In this document: positions 28,806 through 39,107 of the stretch, piece after piece
Position numbering within the stretch: the stretch's first letter is position 1
Layout: every line of letters begins with the position of its first letter
Assembly (NCBI GenBank): GCA_002360495.1
Contig: DEQO01000055.1
Coordinates: 25,645-89,644, forward strand
Length of the DNA: 64,000 nucleotides
Source of the DNA: Flavobacteriales bacterium UBA3364
GTDB lineage: Bacteria > Bacteroidota > Bacteroidia > Flavobacteriales_F > PHOS-HE28
Direction of reading: 5' to 3'
Position numbers and translations under genes: made by a program
Notes under the pieces: model-generated
The model's input: the letters and a program-made list of their open reading frames with translations, nothing else
Databases searched by the model: none
What the model was told of the DNA's origin: nothing

Positions 28806-30263
28806 ATGGAACCCACCCCCATCAAGTCCGCCCTGGACAACGAATCCCTTACCGGCACCACGCTCACCGTGGCCGGCTGGGTGCGCACCTTCCGCAACGA
28901 CCGTTTCATCGCCCTCAACGACGGCAGCACGATCCGAAACCTGCAGTGCGTGATCGACCAGGAGAAGGTGGATGCCGCAACCCGCGCGCGCTTCACCACC
29001 AGCGCCGCGGTGAAATGCACTGGCCTGATCGTGGAGAGCAAGGGCAGCGGCCAACGCGTGGAGATGCAGGTGACTTCCGTGGAGGTGCTCGGCGACAGCG
29101 ATGCGGAGAAGTACCCCATCCAGCCGAAGAAGCACAGCCTGGAGTTCCTGCGCGAGCAGGCGCACCTGCGCTTCCGCACGAACACCTACAGTGCCATCTT
29201 CCGCATCCGCCACCAGGTGAGCTTCGGCATACACGAGTACTTCGATAAGCAGGGCTACAACTACTTCCATGCGCCGATCATCACCGCGAGCGATGCGGAG
29301 GGAGCTGGCGAGATGTTCCGCGTGAGCGTGCTGGATGCCAAGACACCGCCGCTGAACGAGGATGGCAGCGTTGACTTCAAGGAGGATTTCTTCGGAAGGG
29401 AATCACGCCTCACCGTGAGCGGCCAGTTGCAGGCCGAATTGGCTGCATTGGCGCTGGGCAAGGTCTACACCTTTGGCCCCACCTTCCGCGCGGAGAACAG
29501 CAACACCGCCCGCCACCTCGCTGAGTTCTGGATGATCGAGCCTGAGGCCGCCTTCATGGACCTGAAGGGCGACATGGACCTCGCCGAAGGCCTCTGCAAG
29601 CACCTCATCGCCCGTGTGCTGCGTAACAGCATGGACGACCTCGTTTTCCTCGATGCGCGCTTGAAGGAAGAAGAAGCCACGAAGCCGAAGGAGCAGCGCA
29701 GTGAGATGGGCCTGATCGATCGACTCAAGTTCGTGCTCGACAATCCCTTCGAGCGGATCACCTACACGGACGCGATCGAGATCCTGCTACACAGCAAGCC
29801 CCACCAAAAGAAGCAATTCCAATTCCCCGTGGAATGGGGCATCGACCTGCAGAGCGAGCACGAGCGCTACCTGGTGGAAAAGCACTTCAAGAAACCGGTG
29901 ATCGTCACGGGCTACCCCGGCAAGATCAAGGCGTTCTACATGCGCACCAACGGCCCAGGCGATTTCGGCTACAGCGACAAAGGCACCACCGTGGCCGCCA
30001 TGGACGTGCTCTTCCCCGGCATCGGCGAGATCATCGGTGGAAGTCAGCGCGAGGAGCGCCTCGATGTGCTGGAGGCGCGGATGAAGGAGATGCACGTACC
30101 CGCCGAAGAACTCTGGTGGTACCTGGACACGCGCCGCTTTGGCACCGTGCCGCACGCCGGCTTCGGACTTGGCCTTGAGCGCTTCGTGTTGTTCGTGACG
30201 GGCATGGGGAATATCAGGGATGTGATCCCGTTCCCGCGGACACCGAAGAGTGCGGAGTTCTGA
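28806..30263 (+). CDS. asnS: Asparagine--tRNA ligase
   Basis: Listed ORF 28527..30263; ATG at 28806 gives MEPTPIKSALDNESLTGTTLTVAGWVRTFRN (OB-fold anticodon-binding). Class IIb motifs FRIRHQVSFGIHEYF, GPTFRAENSNTARHLAEFWMIEPE, GFGLGLERFVLFVTG. Confidence 0.9.
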   Translation: MEPTPIKSALDNESLTGTTLTVAGWVRTFRNDRFIALNDGSTIRNLQCVIDQEKVDAATRARFTTSAAVKCTGLIVESKGSGQRVEMQVTSVEVLGDSDAEKYPIQPKKHSLEFLREQAHLRFRTNTYSAIFRIRHQVSFGIHEYFDKQGYNYFHAPIITASDAEGAGEMFRVSVLDAKTPPLNEDGSVDFKEDFFGRESRLTVSGQLQAELAALALGKVYTFGPTFRAENSNTARHLAEFWMIEPEAAFMDLKGDMDLAEGLCKHLIARVLRNSMDDLVFLDARLKEEEATKPKEQRSEMGLIDRLKFVLDNPFERITYTDAIEILLHSKPHQKKQFQFPVEWGIDLQSEHERYLVEKHFKKPVIVTGYPGKIKAFYMRTNGPGDFGYSDKGTTVAAMDVLFPGIGEIIGGSQREERLDVLEARMKEMHVPAEELWWYLDTRRFGTVPHAGFGLGLERFVLFVTGMGNIRDVIPFPRTPKSAEF

Positions 30264-30278
30264 GATGACACGCGCTCG

Positions 30279-32381
30279 CTAGTTCTTCTTCGCTCCTTCC
30301 CCTATATGGCGATCCAGCCAATCGAATACCGTCCTGTGCCATTGCATTGAATTCTGTGGCTTCAGTACCCAGTGGTTCTCGTCCGGGAACCGTAGGAATT
30401 GTGACTCGACACCCTTCGCCTGCAGTGCCGTGAAAAGTCCGATGCCTTGTTCGATCGGGATGCGGTAATCCTTGTCGGAATGGATCACCAGCATAGGCAC
30501 GGACCACTCGTTCACATGTAATGCGGGGTTGAACGTGTCGTACTTCTGCGGGTCATCGTAAACGGAAACACCCTGCTCCCAGTCCTCGAACCACATCTCT
30601 TCCGTGGTGTAACCCATGCTGCGTGCTTCGAATACGCCGTTGTGGGAGACGAGGCATTTCCACGGTGCCTTCCATTGGCTCGCGATCCAGTTGACCATGA
30701 AGCCGCCGTACGAAGCACCCAATGCAGCGGCGCGGTCCGCATCCAGGAACGGATAGGTCTTCAACGCATGTGCCCAGCCTTTCTGGAGATCCTCCAACGG
30801 ACGGTCGCCCCAATGGGTGCTGATGGCATCGCAGAATGCTTGACCGTAACCCGTGCTGCCGTGGAAGTCGATCATCACAACAGCATAGCCCGCGCCGGCA
30901 TACGTCTGTGGGTTCCAACGGAAACTCCACCCATCGCCAAAGCTGCCTTGCGGACCACCATGGATCAGGAACGCGACGGGATACTTCTTGCCCTCCTCAT
31001 AGTTCGCCGGCTTGATCACATAACCATGAACGGTCTCGTTGTTCCACCCGGCGAAATTGAATTGCTCGAATGCGCCGAACTTCTTGCTCGACAGTGAAGC
31101 GTTGACAGCGGTCAAGGTGGTAGCACCCTCGTCGACCATCTTTGCTTTCGGGGCCGACGCGAACAACTGCGAAGGACTGTTGAGGCCGCTCTTCAGGAAC
31201 ACGAACCCTTCGGGCGTTTCCAAGAAGGTGTCCATGTGGCCATCCTGGGAAAGTGGCGTGACGGTATTGCTCTTCACTTCGATCTGGAACAGTCGAGTAC
31301 GACCGACATCAGCGGCAATGGCGTAGATGCTCTTGCCATCGCGGCTCCAAGCGAAATCATCAATGCTCCGATCCCACGACGCCGCAAGTGGTGTCACCTT
31401 GCCTGTCGCGATATCCCGTAGCTGCAGCTCGAAGCGATCCGCCTCGAAGCCCGGTCTTTTCATCGCCTTGAACGCGAGAGTCTTCCCATCCGGCGATATC
31501 CGTGGGCTGGCGTCCCAGGCCTTGTTCTCCTTCGTGTAATTGGTGAGCGCACCACCGCCGATCGGCACGCTGTAGATATCGAAGTTCGTGCTCCATGGTT
31601 CCGTTCTTCCAGCTTCCCGCGCGGCGAAGTACACCGTCTTCGAATCGGGGGAAATGAAGAAGTCCTCGTTGCCGCCGAAGGGTTTGGAAGGCACATCACC
31701 ATCATATCCGGGCGTCAAAGCCACATGCGGACCGTATGGCATTGGCGCGTCCGTGCCGTCCATAGGATAGTAGAACAAGTGGTTGCGCATACCATCGGCC
31801 CAGGTGTCCCAGTGCCGTACGAACACCTTGGTGTACACGGTACCACTGCCTTGGCGCTTCTCAGCTAAACGACTTGAGGTGCAGGCCACCTCATCGCCTT
31901 TGCAATCCGGAAAAACAGCTAGCGAAAGCACCAACCCTTTACCATCAGGCGTGATGCGATAGGCTCCGACATCCAAGGGCAACCTGGTTATCTGTTGGGC
32001 GGAAGCGCCGTCCAAATTCGATTTCCATACTTGTGTCGTTCCACCTTCTCCACGACCGGACAGGAAATAAAAGCTTTTCCCATCAGGGGCCCATTGTGCA
32101 TCCGATGCACCTTCTTCGCTCTCTTTGAGCTTCACTTCCGGGGCGGTAGGGTTACTGAGATCCTTGATCCACAGTGTGGATACTCCCTTGTTCCTCTCCA
32201 TATCCGTTGCGCGCACATTGAAGAGTGCCTTGCTACCGTTCCCATCCACACTTAGCCCGCTGATCCGGTCCAGCATCAACATGTCCTGGTAGGTGAATGC
32301 GGTGCTTTGTGCCGTGGTCGCGCCCAAGGGTAAAAAAGCGAACAGCAGTTGTGCGAAATGAGGTGCCGTCAGGTAGCGCAT
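30279..32381 (-). CDS. S9-family serine peptidase (prolyl oligopeptidase / acylaminoacyl-peptidase-like) with N-terminal beta-propeller
   Basis: Listed ORF starts at TTG 32390; ATG at 32381 gives MRYLTAPHFAQLLFAFLPLGATTAQ, a signal peptide. WD/propeller repeats. Catalytic GASYGGFM (GxSxGG), Asp in HSDKDYRIP, His in PDENHWV. Confidence 0.85.
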   Translation of the reverse strand: MRYLTAPHFAQLLFAFLPLGATTAQSTAFTYQDMLMLDRISGLSVDGNGSKALFNVRATDMERNKGVSTLWIKDLSNPTAPEVKLKESEEGASDAQWAPDGKSFYFLSGRGEGGTTQVWKSNLDGASAQQITRLPLDVGAYRITPDGKGLVLSLAVFPDCKGDEVACTSSRLAEKRQGSGTVYTKVFVRHWDTWADGMRNHLFYYPMDGTDAPMPYGPHVALTPGYDGDVPSKPFGGNEDFFISPDSKTVYFAAREAGRTEPWSTNFDIYSVPIGGGALTNYTKENKAWDASPRISPDGKTLAFKAMKRPGFEADRFELQLRDIATGKVTPLAASWDRSIDDFAWSRDGKSIYAIAADVGRTRLFQIEVKSNTVTPLSQDGHMDTFLETPEGFVFLKSGLNSPSQLFASAPKAKMVDEGATTLTAVNASLSSKKFGAFEQFNFAGWNNETVHGYVIKPANYEEGKKYPVAFLIHGGPQGSFGDGWSFRWNPQTYAGAGYAVVMIDFHGSTGYGQAFCDAISTHWGDRPLEDLQKGWAHALKTYPFLDADRAAALGASYGGFMVNWIASQWKAPWKCLVSHNGVFEARSMGYTTEEMWFEDWEQGVSVYDDPQKYDTFNPALHVNEWSVPMLVIHSDKDYRIPIEQGIGLFTALQAKGVESQFLRFPDENHWVLKPQNSMQWHRTVFDWLDRHIGEGAKKN

Positions 32382-32496
32382 CTGTTCCAAACCAGTGGGG
32401 AAAAGGCACCGGCATGAGGAGCAATGTTACGCTGCCAGCAAGCTCCTTAAGGGATGCCACCGGACGATCCACATGGTTTACCGATCTTGGTCGAGC

Positions 32497-32955
32497 ATGA
32501 AATGGCTCAACATCCTCGGCATGGTGCTGCAGTTCCTTTCCTTCTGGTGCGCCGCGCCAGAGCTGCTCGGGGAAACCACCATGAAGCGTTTGGAGCATGG
32601 CATGACCCGTTTCGTGGCGCGCATCCCGGTGATCATCGTGTTCGGTGGCATGATGGCCTATGCCTTGACGATCGGGCTTTTCGGTGCGTTCGAGGGCCTC
32701 AGTGCAGGGCGCGGTGGTGAACCTCTTGTCGGCATGTGGCAGTACTTCCTGCTCTTGGGGGCGTTGATGGTCCTGTATTTCGCCTTTATGTTCTTCCATA
32801 AGCGCATACTGTCCTTGTTGGAACGCCGCCTGGCCCAACCACTCGTACATCGGTTGGTGGAGAACCCCGATGCTCGCCGCAAGGCGCTGATGCTTGGTGC
32901 GGTGTTGCTCACAGCCGGATTCCTGATGCAACTGATCGTGGCAGTGGTCGATTGA
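32497..32955 (+). CDS. Small hypothetical membrane protein
   Basis: Listed ORF 32395..32955 (GTG); ATG at 32497 gives MKWLNILGMVLQFLSFWCAAP with 3-4 predicted TM helices and high GC3. The competing antisense ORF 32233..33150 is low-complexity. Confidence 0.45.
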   Translation: MKWLNILGMVLQFLSFWCAAPELLGETTMKRLEHGMTRFVARIPVIIVFGGMMAYALTIGLFGAFEGLSAGRGGEPLVGMWQYFLLLGALMVLYFAFMFFHKRILSLLERRLAQPLVHRLVENPDARRKALMLGAVLLTAGFLMQLIVAVVD

Positions 32956-32962
32956 CCGATGC

Positions 32963-33826
32963 CTATGGATTGCAATTGGCGCAATGCTGCGGCTCTTCGG
33001 TGGACTTGCCGTCAGGTCGTGGACCCGTTGCCGTGTGCCCACAGGAATGGCACTCGCGGAGATAGGCGCGGGTGCTCGCCGTGGGCCAGCCGCATTGCTC
33101 GCAGGGCAGGCCTGGTATCGCCTTCGTGATCCGGAACCAGCAGGCGCCACAGGCAGGGCAAAGTGTGGACAGCTCCTGGGAAAAGCGTTCGGCCGCCTCT
33201 CGGATGACCTCCATGCGCGTCGGGTTCATCATGGCACGCATGTCCGTTTCCACCCAACACGACCCGTTCTGCTGGATCAATCGCGTGGTGACCTCATGGA
33301 GCTCAGCCTCCACCCTGATGCCCTTCTTCATGGCATCACCGGCATTCCATGTTTCCCTGCGCCGCACGATCAACCCATGTTCCGGGAACTTCATCCGGTC
33401 AGCAAAGGCACGCACCTGATCCCAACCGGTGCATTCCTCGCCGCCAAAGACCGTCTGCAGGGACACATGCCTGTGCTCGAAGAAGGACCCATCGCGGGCA
33501 TCATACAGCACCATGACCTCTTCATCGCACGGAACGAAGGGTGCAGGCGGATACGGGAAGAACGAACCCTCGCTGGCGATCACCAGATCGAGGCCGCTCA
33601 CCTCGGCGCCATGCTTCGCTTTCGCTTTGCAGGCATCGAGGGCATCGAGCGTGCGCTGGACCTCGCCACTGAACGCGCCGAAGCGGTCCGTGTCCACGTC
33701 ATCGATCGCCGCGAAGCCCGCGATCGGCAGCGCTTCGGCCAACGCAGGGCCGATCACCCGTTCCTTGCCGTGGATGGTGGCCACGCCGAGGGTGCGTCCG
33801 ATGAAGCGGTCTCGGCCGGCGTTCAC
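32963..33826 (-). CDS. Conserved hypothetical protein with C-terminal tandem zinc-ribbon (4x CxxC)
   Basis: 287 aa. C-terminus LCPACGACWF...CEQCGW...CHSCGH...HCANCNP. Start overlaps the stop of the upstream TetR gene by 4 nt, so the two are co-transcribed. Confidence 0.6.
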   Translation of the reverse strand: MNAGRDRFIGRTLGVATIHGKERVIGPALAEALPIAGFAAIDDVDTDRFGAFSGEVQRTLDALDACKAKAKHGAEVSGLDLVIASEGSFFPYPPAPFVPCDEEVMVLYDARDGSFFEHRHVSLQTVFGGEECTGWDQVRAFADRMKFPEHGLIVRRRETWNAGDAMKKGIRVEAELHEVTTRLIQQNGSCWVETDMRAMMNPTRMEVIREAAERFSQELSTLCPACGACWFRITKAIPGLPCEQCGWPTASTRAYLRECHSCGHTATGPRPDGKSTEEPQHCANCNP

Positions 33827-34494
33827 TTCTGCGCCACGTATCGGTTCGCAAGATCAATGAGGTACGCAGCTAACTGCTTGCGGTCCTTCTTCTCGCTCAG
33901 TTCGGTGAGCGCGGGCAAGTGGTGCATGGCGAACTCCAATGAATGCGCCATCTCCACCAAGGTGGTCGCGAAGGACCGCGCGTGCTTCGCTCGTGGAGAG
34001 CAGGCCTTGACCTCTCCTGCGATATGTGCGCACAGGTCCTTGTACGGCTTGAAGAGCTTCAACTCGTTGTCGGAGTCCACGTTCTTGTGCAGGAAGGACT
34101 TCGATCCCTCGTTGATCACCAGCGCGCGCAGATCGTCCGGATCGAAGCGGTTGGCCCGGGCATTCTCAGGCCAGATTCCGCAGATGGCCTTGATATCGCC
34201 TTGCAGCCGCTCCAGTGGATCGGCCAGGTTCCTTCCCTCCTGCTTGCAATGCGTGGCCAGCCACAACCAATACACCTGGAAGTAGTACTGGAGCAAGCGC
34301 TGCTTGTTGGCGAAGTAGTGGTAAACGGTCACCTCGGTGCTGCCCATGCGCTCCGCCAGCTTTTTGAACGTGAAGGCCTCAAGGCCGATCTCGTTCATGA
34401 GCGCCAGCCCCTCGCTCAGGATCCGCGTGCCCATGGCACTGGATAGGTCGCGCAGGGCGAGGCCGGGGTCGGGGTCGATCAGGTACCGGGGCAT
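33823..34494 (-). CDS. TetR-family transcriptional regulator
   Basis: Listed ORF 33823..34659; ATG at 34494 gives MPRYLIDPDPGLALRDLSSAMGTRILSEGLALMNEIGLEAFTFKKLAERMGSTEVTVYHYFANKQ (HTH). Divergent from the ABC exporter operon. Confidence 0.8.
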   Translation of the reverse strand: MPRYLIDPDPGLALRDLSSAMGTRILSEGLALMNEIGLEAFTFKKLAERMGSTEVTVYHYFANKQRLLQYYFQVYWLWLATHCKQEGRNLADPLERLQGDIKAICGIWPENARANRFDPDDLRALVINEGSKSFLHKNVDSDNELKLFKPYKDLCAHIAGEVKACSPRAKHARSFATTLVEMAHSLEFAMHHLPALTELSEKKDRKQLAAYLIDLANRYVAQK

Positions 34495-34514
34495 GACGGC
34501 TGGTGCGATAAAGC

Positions 34515-34539
34515 GAACAAATGTAGCGCCGCTTTGTTC
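34515..34539. promoter_or_regulatory. Inverted repeat GAACAAA-N11-TTTGTTC in the TetR/ABC divergent intergenic region (candidate operator)
   Basis: Read from the sequence; lies within the 97-bp gap between 34494 and 34591. Confidence 0.35.
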
Positions 34540-34563
34540 ACATATGGTAACACACACTTGTAT

Positions 34564-34578
34564 TATAGTATTACTATA
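34564..34578. promoter_or_regulatory. Perfect 15-bp palindrome TATAGTA-T-TACTATA in an AT-rich island immediately upstream of the ABC exporter start
   Basis: Read from the sequence. AT-rich tattatagtattactatact is unusual against ~64% GC. Candidate operator and/or -7 promoter element (TATACTTG follows). Confidence 0.35.
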
Positions 34579-34590
34579 CTTGCAGCCGCG

Positions 34591-36255
34591 ATGAACCCCA
34601 TCACCCCCTGGCAACGCCTCACGCACCTCTTGAAGGTCGACAAGCGCGAGATCAGCCACATCTACCTGTATGCGCTGGTGGGTGGTGCGATCAGCTTGAG
34701 CCTGCCGCTGGGTGTGCAGGCCATCATCAACCTGATCAGCGGCGGCCAGGTGGCTACCAGTTGGGGCGTGCTCATCGCCTTCGTCACCATCGGCGTGGGC
34801 TTCACCGGCGCCTTGCAGGTGATGCAGCTCGCACTGGCCGAGAACATCCAGCAGCGCCTGTTCGCCCGCAGCGCCCTGGAGTTCGCGTACCGCCTTCCGC
34901 GCATCAAGTACGAAGCTGCCGGAGGTCGGTACTTGCCGGAACTGGTCAACCGCTTCTTTGATACGATCAGCGTGCAGAAGGGCCTTGCCAAGCTGCTGCT
35001 GGACCTTCCGCTCGCGCTGCTACAGATCGTGCTCAGCCTGATCCTGCTCGCGGTGTACCACCCGTTCTTCATCGTATTTGGCCTGCTGCTCATGTTGTTG
35101 CTCGTGCTGATCTTCCGGTACAGCGGCAAGCGTGGGTTGGCCACCAGCCTGGAAGAGAGCACCTTCAAGTACAGGGTGGCCTACTGGCTGGAAGAGCTCG
35201 GACGGAACCAGGACACCTTCAAGATGATCGGGCGCACTTCGCTGCCCATCGAACGCACCGATGAACTGGTGGACGGCTACGTGAACGCCCGGCGATCGCA
35301 TTTCCGCGTGCTGCTCGGCCAGTACTCGGCCCTGGTGGTGTTCAAAGTGATCATCACCTTGAGCCTGCTGGCGCTTGGCGGCCTGCTGGTGATGAACGAG
35401 CAGATGAACATCGGCCAGTTCGTGGCGGCGGAGATCGTGATCCTGATCCTGATCAATGCCGTGGAGAAGATCATCCTGAGCATTTCAAGTGTCTATGACG
35501 TGCTCACGGCCCTGGAGAAGATCGGACAGGTCACGGACATCGAACTGGAGAGCGCCGGCGGGCTTTCCCCCTTGTCCACGGATGGCAGCACCGGATTGGA
35601 GGTCCGCCTGAGCGACGTTGGTTTCAGCACCGGCAAGAACGTTCAACGTGTGCTCGAGGGGATCGACCTTCACTTGAAGCCCGGTGAGAAGGTCTGCCTG
35701 AGCGGTACCAACGGCTCGGGCAAGACCACCCTCTTGCGCATCCTGGGTGGTGGCATGCCACCGACCACGGGCGGCATTCAGCTTGACGGCCATCCGATGG
35801 CGAGCCTGGACACGGAGCACGTGCGTTCGTTGATCGGCGACAGCCTCAGCGATGAGGACGTGTTCAGCGGAACGGTGATGGACAACATCGTCGTGGGTCG
35901 AACGTGGATCAGTGAGCATGAGGTGATCGAGGCGTGCAAGGTGACCGGCCTGATGGACCGGCTCGCGATCCTGCCCAACGGGTTGCTCACCGACCTTGAC
36001 CCACAGGGCGCCCGCCTGCCGCGCAGCCTGGTGAAGCGCATCGTGCAAGCACGTACGATCGTGGGTCATCCGCGCATGATCCTCATGGAGGACAGCCTGC
36101 AGGATTGGGAGATGAAGGATCGCGAACAACTGCTGGGCTGGATCACCGCACCGGAGCGTCCATGGACCCTGGTGGTGGTGAGCAACGACCCTTGGGTTCA
36201 ACAGCGCTGCGCGCGGGTGATCCATCTGCGTAACGGACGTATCGAGAACAACTGA
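34591..36255 (+). CDS. ABC transporter permease/ATPase (HlyB/bacteriocin-exporter type, no C39 peptidase domain)
   Basis: Listed ORF 34534..36255; ATG at 34591 gives MNPITPWQRL. Six-TM domain; Walker A GTNGSGKTT; degenerate signature; Walker B MILMED. Confidence 0.85.
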   Translation: MNPITPWQRLTHLLKVDKREISHIYLYALVGGAISLSLPLGVQAIINLISGGQVATSWGVLIAFVTIGVGFTGALQVMQLALAENIQQRLFARSALEFAYRLPRIKYEAAGGRYLPELVNRFFDTISVQKGLAKLLLDLPLALLQIVLSLILLAVYHPFFIVFGLLLMLLLVLIFRYSGKRGLATSLEESTFKYRVAYWLEELGRNQDTFKMIGRTSLPIERTDELVDGYVNARRSHFRVLLGQYSALVVFKVIITLSLLALGGLLVMNEQMNIGQFVAAEIVILILINAVEKIILSISSVYDVLTALEKIGQVTDIELESAGGLSPLSTDGSTGLEVRLSDVGFSTGKNVQRVLEGIDLHLKPGEKVCLSGTNGSGKTTLLRILGGGMPPTTGGIQLDGHPMASLDTEHVRSLIGDSLSDEDVFSGTVMDNIVVGRTWISEHEVIEACKVTGLMDRLAILPNGLLTDLDPQGARLPRSLVKRIVQARTIVGHPRMILMEDSLQDWEMKDREQLLGWITAPERPWTLVVVSNDPWVQQRCARVIHLRNGRIENN

Positions 36256-36257
36256 CC

Positions 36258-37619
36258 ATGCTCAACCTCAGCCCGCACAACCCCGTGCCTGTGCTCGACC
36301 GGAGCACCTTCGGTTGCTTCCGCACCATCGGGAAGTCCAAGGCGACCGATCTATTCGGCAAGTGGCTCATCGCCATCTGTGCCGTGGTGCTTATCGGCTT
36401 GTTCCTCCCATGGACGCAGAACATCCGCGCCCGCGGCACCTTGACCAGCCTCTCGCCCGATCAGCGTCCGCAGACCATCCACGCCATCATACCCGGGCGT
36501 ATCGAGGAATGGTTCGTCCAAGAAGGCCAGCTCGTGCAGAAGGGCGACACCATCCTTCGCTTGAGCGAGGTGAAGCCGGAGTACTTCGACCCGAAGCTGC
36601 TGGACCGCACGCAGGAGCAGATCACCGCCAAGGTACTCACCAGCAGGAGCTACGAGGAGAAGGTGCACGCCCTCGATGCCCAGATCGACGCGCTCTCAGG
36701 CAGCCTTCGGATCAAGCTCGAACAGGCCCAGAACAAGATCCAGCAGGCGCGCTACAAGCTGCAGAGCGACAGCATCCGCGTGGTGGCCGCCGAGCTGGAG
36801 ATCAAGGTGGCCGATGAGCAGCTCTCGCGCGGCGAACAGCAGTTCAAGGAAGGGCTCGTCAGCAAGGTGGAGCTCGAGCGCAGGCAGGTGGCGCAGCAGC
36901 GGGCCAACGCCACGCTCATCGATGCGCGCAACAAGAAGCTCGATGCGCGCAACGAATTGCTCAACGCGCAACTGGAGATCAACGGCATCCGCAACGATTA
37001 CCGCGACAAGCTGAGCAAGGCCGAGAGCGAGAAGTTCGCCAGCATGAGCCAGATGTACACGACCGAGGCCGAGGTGAGCAAGATGCAGGTGGACCTGGCG
37101 AACTACACCGTTCGCGCAGGCAACTACTACGTGACTGCGCCGCAACAGGGCTACATCACCAAGGCGGTGGTCACCGGCGTGGGCGAGACCGTGAAGGAGG
37201 GCGATGATCTGGTTAGCGTGATGCCCGCGCGTTTCGACCTGGCCGTGGAGATGTACGTGCGCCCCATGGACATGCCGTTGATCACCAAGGGCCAGAAGGT
37301 GCGCTTCATGTTCGACGGCTGGCCGAGCATCGTGTTCAGTGGCTGGCCCAACAACAGCTACGGCACCTTCGGCGGCGAGGTGGTGGCCATCGACAACTTC
37401 ATCAGCTCCAATGGCAAGTACCGCATCCTGGTCGGTCCCGACAAGAATGACCAGCCATGGCCTGTGGCCTTGCGCGTGGGCGGCGGCGCGGTGGGCTTCG
37501 CGCTGATGAGCAACGTGCCCATCTGGTACGAGCTGTGGCGGCAGGCCAATGGCTTCCCACCGGACCTGTACACCGATGTGGAACCGGTGAGCACGAAAGA
37601 CGATCAGAAGATCAGATGA
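36258..37619 (+). CDS. HlyD-family secretion (membrane fusion) protein
   Basis: 453 aa with an N-terminal TM (LIAICAVVLIGLFLPW), long coiled-coil and HlyD beta domains. Start is 3 nt after the ABC stop. Confidence 0.85.
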   Translation: MLNLSPHNPVPVLDRSTFGCFRTIGKSKATDLFGKWLIAICAVVLIGLFLPWTQNIRARGTLTSLSPDQRPQTIHAIIPGRIEEWFVQEGQLVQKGDTILRLSEVKPEYFDPKLLDRTQEQITAKVLTSRSYEEKVHALDAQIDALSGSLRIKLEQAQNKIQQARYKLQSDSIRVVAAELEIKVADEQLSRGEQQFKEGLVSKVELERRQVAQQRANATLIDARNKKLDARNELLNAQLEINGIRNDYRDKLSKAESEKFASMSQMYTTEAEVSKMQVDLANYTVRAGNYYVTAPQQGYITKAVVTGVGETVKEGDDLVSVMPARFDLAVEMYVRPMDMPLITKGQKVRFMFDGWPSIVFSGWPNNSYGTFGGEVVAIDNFISSNGKYRILVGPDKNDQPWPVALRVGGGAVGFALMSNVPIWYELWRQANGFPPDLYTDVEPVSTKDDQKIR

Positions 37620-39082
37620 TCAGAGGATCAGAATATGGAATGAATGTGCTGACCAGGAACACTGGTGGCGATCCTGTGAGTGGACTCCTTGCTGCATTCG
37701 CGTTCCTTGTCGCGTCGATCACCAGCGCCCAGCTCCCTCCCACCCTCACGCGCGACGCTTTCGTGCGCATCGTGCTGGACAACCATCCCATGGCCCGCCA
37801 GGCGGCGCTCAGGCCGGAGCTCGGGGAGGCCACGGTGCGCAGCGCGCGTGGCGGCTTTGACCCGGTGGCCAGCGCGAACTATGACGAGAAGAAGTTCGAT
37901 GACAAGAACTACTTCCAGCTCTTCGACGCGGGCCTCAAGGTGCCAACGTGGTACGGCATAGAACTTTTCGCGGGGTTCCAAGAGAATAGCGGTGAGCTGC
38001 TCGATCCACAATCCTTCACACCGGATGACGGCCTCCTGAAGGTGGGCGGGCAGATCAGTTTGGGACAGGGCCTCTTCATCGACCAGCGACGTGCAACGCT
38101 GAAGAGGTCGCAAGCCTACCAGCGTGCGACACAAGCCGAGCAGGAACAGATGCTGAACGACCTTCTGCTGCATGCGCTGAACGACCACACGGATTGGGTG
38201 GCGGCCTACCGCGCGGTGGAAGTAGCCGATGCCGCCGTAGGACTCGCCAGTATCCGCCTCGAGGCGGTGCGCGGATCCTGGCGCGGCGGCGACCGTCCGG
38301 CGATCGATACGTTGGAGGCCTTCCTCCAATTGCAGGATCGCCAGATGCGCCAGCAGCAGGCGGAGCTCAACTTCCGCAATGCGGGACTGCGCCTCAGCAA
38401 CCACTTGTGGAACGCCGCGCAGCAACCGCTCGAACTGCAACCCGATGTGGTGCCCGACCCTCTCGACCTCGTCTCGCCCGCCACATTCCAGCTGCCCGAT
38501 ACCGCCATCGCATTCGCCGTGGCCAACCATCCGCTGCTCGCACAGGCCGGCGCGCGCATCGATCAGCTGGAGATCGACCGGCGCCTGCGAAGCGAGTTCC
38601 TGAAGCCCGAACTGGACCTCAGGTACCAATGGTTGGGTGATGGTGCCGCGATAACGAACGAGGGCAGCACCAGCTTGCTGGGAGAGGGCTACCAGTTCGG
38701 CGTTGGCTTTCAGGTTCCCTTGTTCCTGCGACGGGAGCGGGGCGAGCTGTCCATGGCCAAACTGCGATTGACCGACGCGAACTTCGGGCTGGAGCGCGAC
38801 CGCCTGCGCATCCGCAACCGGATCGGCGAACGGGTGAACGACATCAACGTCTTCGCCGCTCAGGTCCAACTGGGTGCCGACATGGTGGTGAACAACGAGC
38901 GCCTGCTCGCCGGGGAGAACCAGCGCTTCAGCGCCGGGGAAAGCTCCCTTTTCCTGGTGAACGCACGCGAGGTGCCCTTGATCGATGCGCGCATCCGTCA
39001 GGTGGACCTGGAGGCACGCCTGCGCAAGGCGTACTTCAGTCTGGACCATGAAGCGGGAACACTTTGGCGGGTTTGGCGTTAA
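37616..39082 (+). CDS. TolC-like outer-membrane efflux protein
   Basis: Listed ORF 37457..39082 overlaps HlyD. In-frame ATG at 37616 (ATGA overlap with the HlyD stop) gives MIRGSEYGMNVLTRNTGGDPVSGLLAAFAFLVASITSAQ. OEP-family repeats. Confidence 0.75.
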   Translation: MIRGSEYGMNVLTRNTGGDPVSGLLAAFAFLVASITSAQLPPTLTRDAFVRIVLDNHPMARQAALRPELGEATVRSARGGFDPVASANYDEKKFDDKNYFQLFDAGLKVPTWYGIELFAGFQENSGELLDPQSFTPDDGLLKVGGQISLGQGLFIDQRRATLKRSQAYQRATQAEQEQMLNDLLLHALNDHTDWVAAYRAVEVADAAVGLASIRLEAVRGSWRGGDRPAIDTLEAFLQLQDRQMRQQQAELNFRNAGLRLSNHLWNAAQQPLELQPDVVPDPLDLVSPATFQLPDTAIAFAVANHPLLAQAGARIDQLEIDRRLRSEFLKPELDLRYQWLGDGAAITNEGSTSLLGEGYQFGVGFQVPLFLRRERGELSMAKLRLTDANFGLERDRLRIRNRIGERVNDINVFAAQVQLGADMVVNNERLLAGENQRFSAGESSLFLVNAREVPLIDARIRQVDLEARLRKAYFSLDHEAGTLWRVWR

Positions 39083-39087
39083 TGAAT

Positions 39088-39107
39088 AGGAACGAGCAGG
39101 AACGAGC
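39088..39107 (+). repeat. Tandem 10-bp direct repeat AGGAACGAGC x2 immediately 5' of the 39108 start codon
   Basis: Read from the sequence; the second copy supplies an SD-like AGGAA. Confidence 0.6.

Noticed and set aside
32233-33150. 305-aa minus ORF, and 32984..34285 plus 433-aa ORF
   Set aside because: Both are Arg/His/Pro-rich and low-complexity, and they overlap better-supported genes (the membrane protein, the zinc-ribbon protein and TetR) on the opposite strand.
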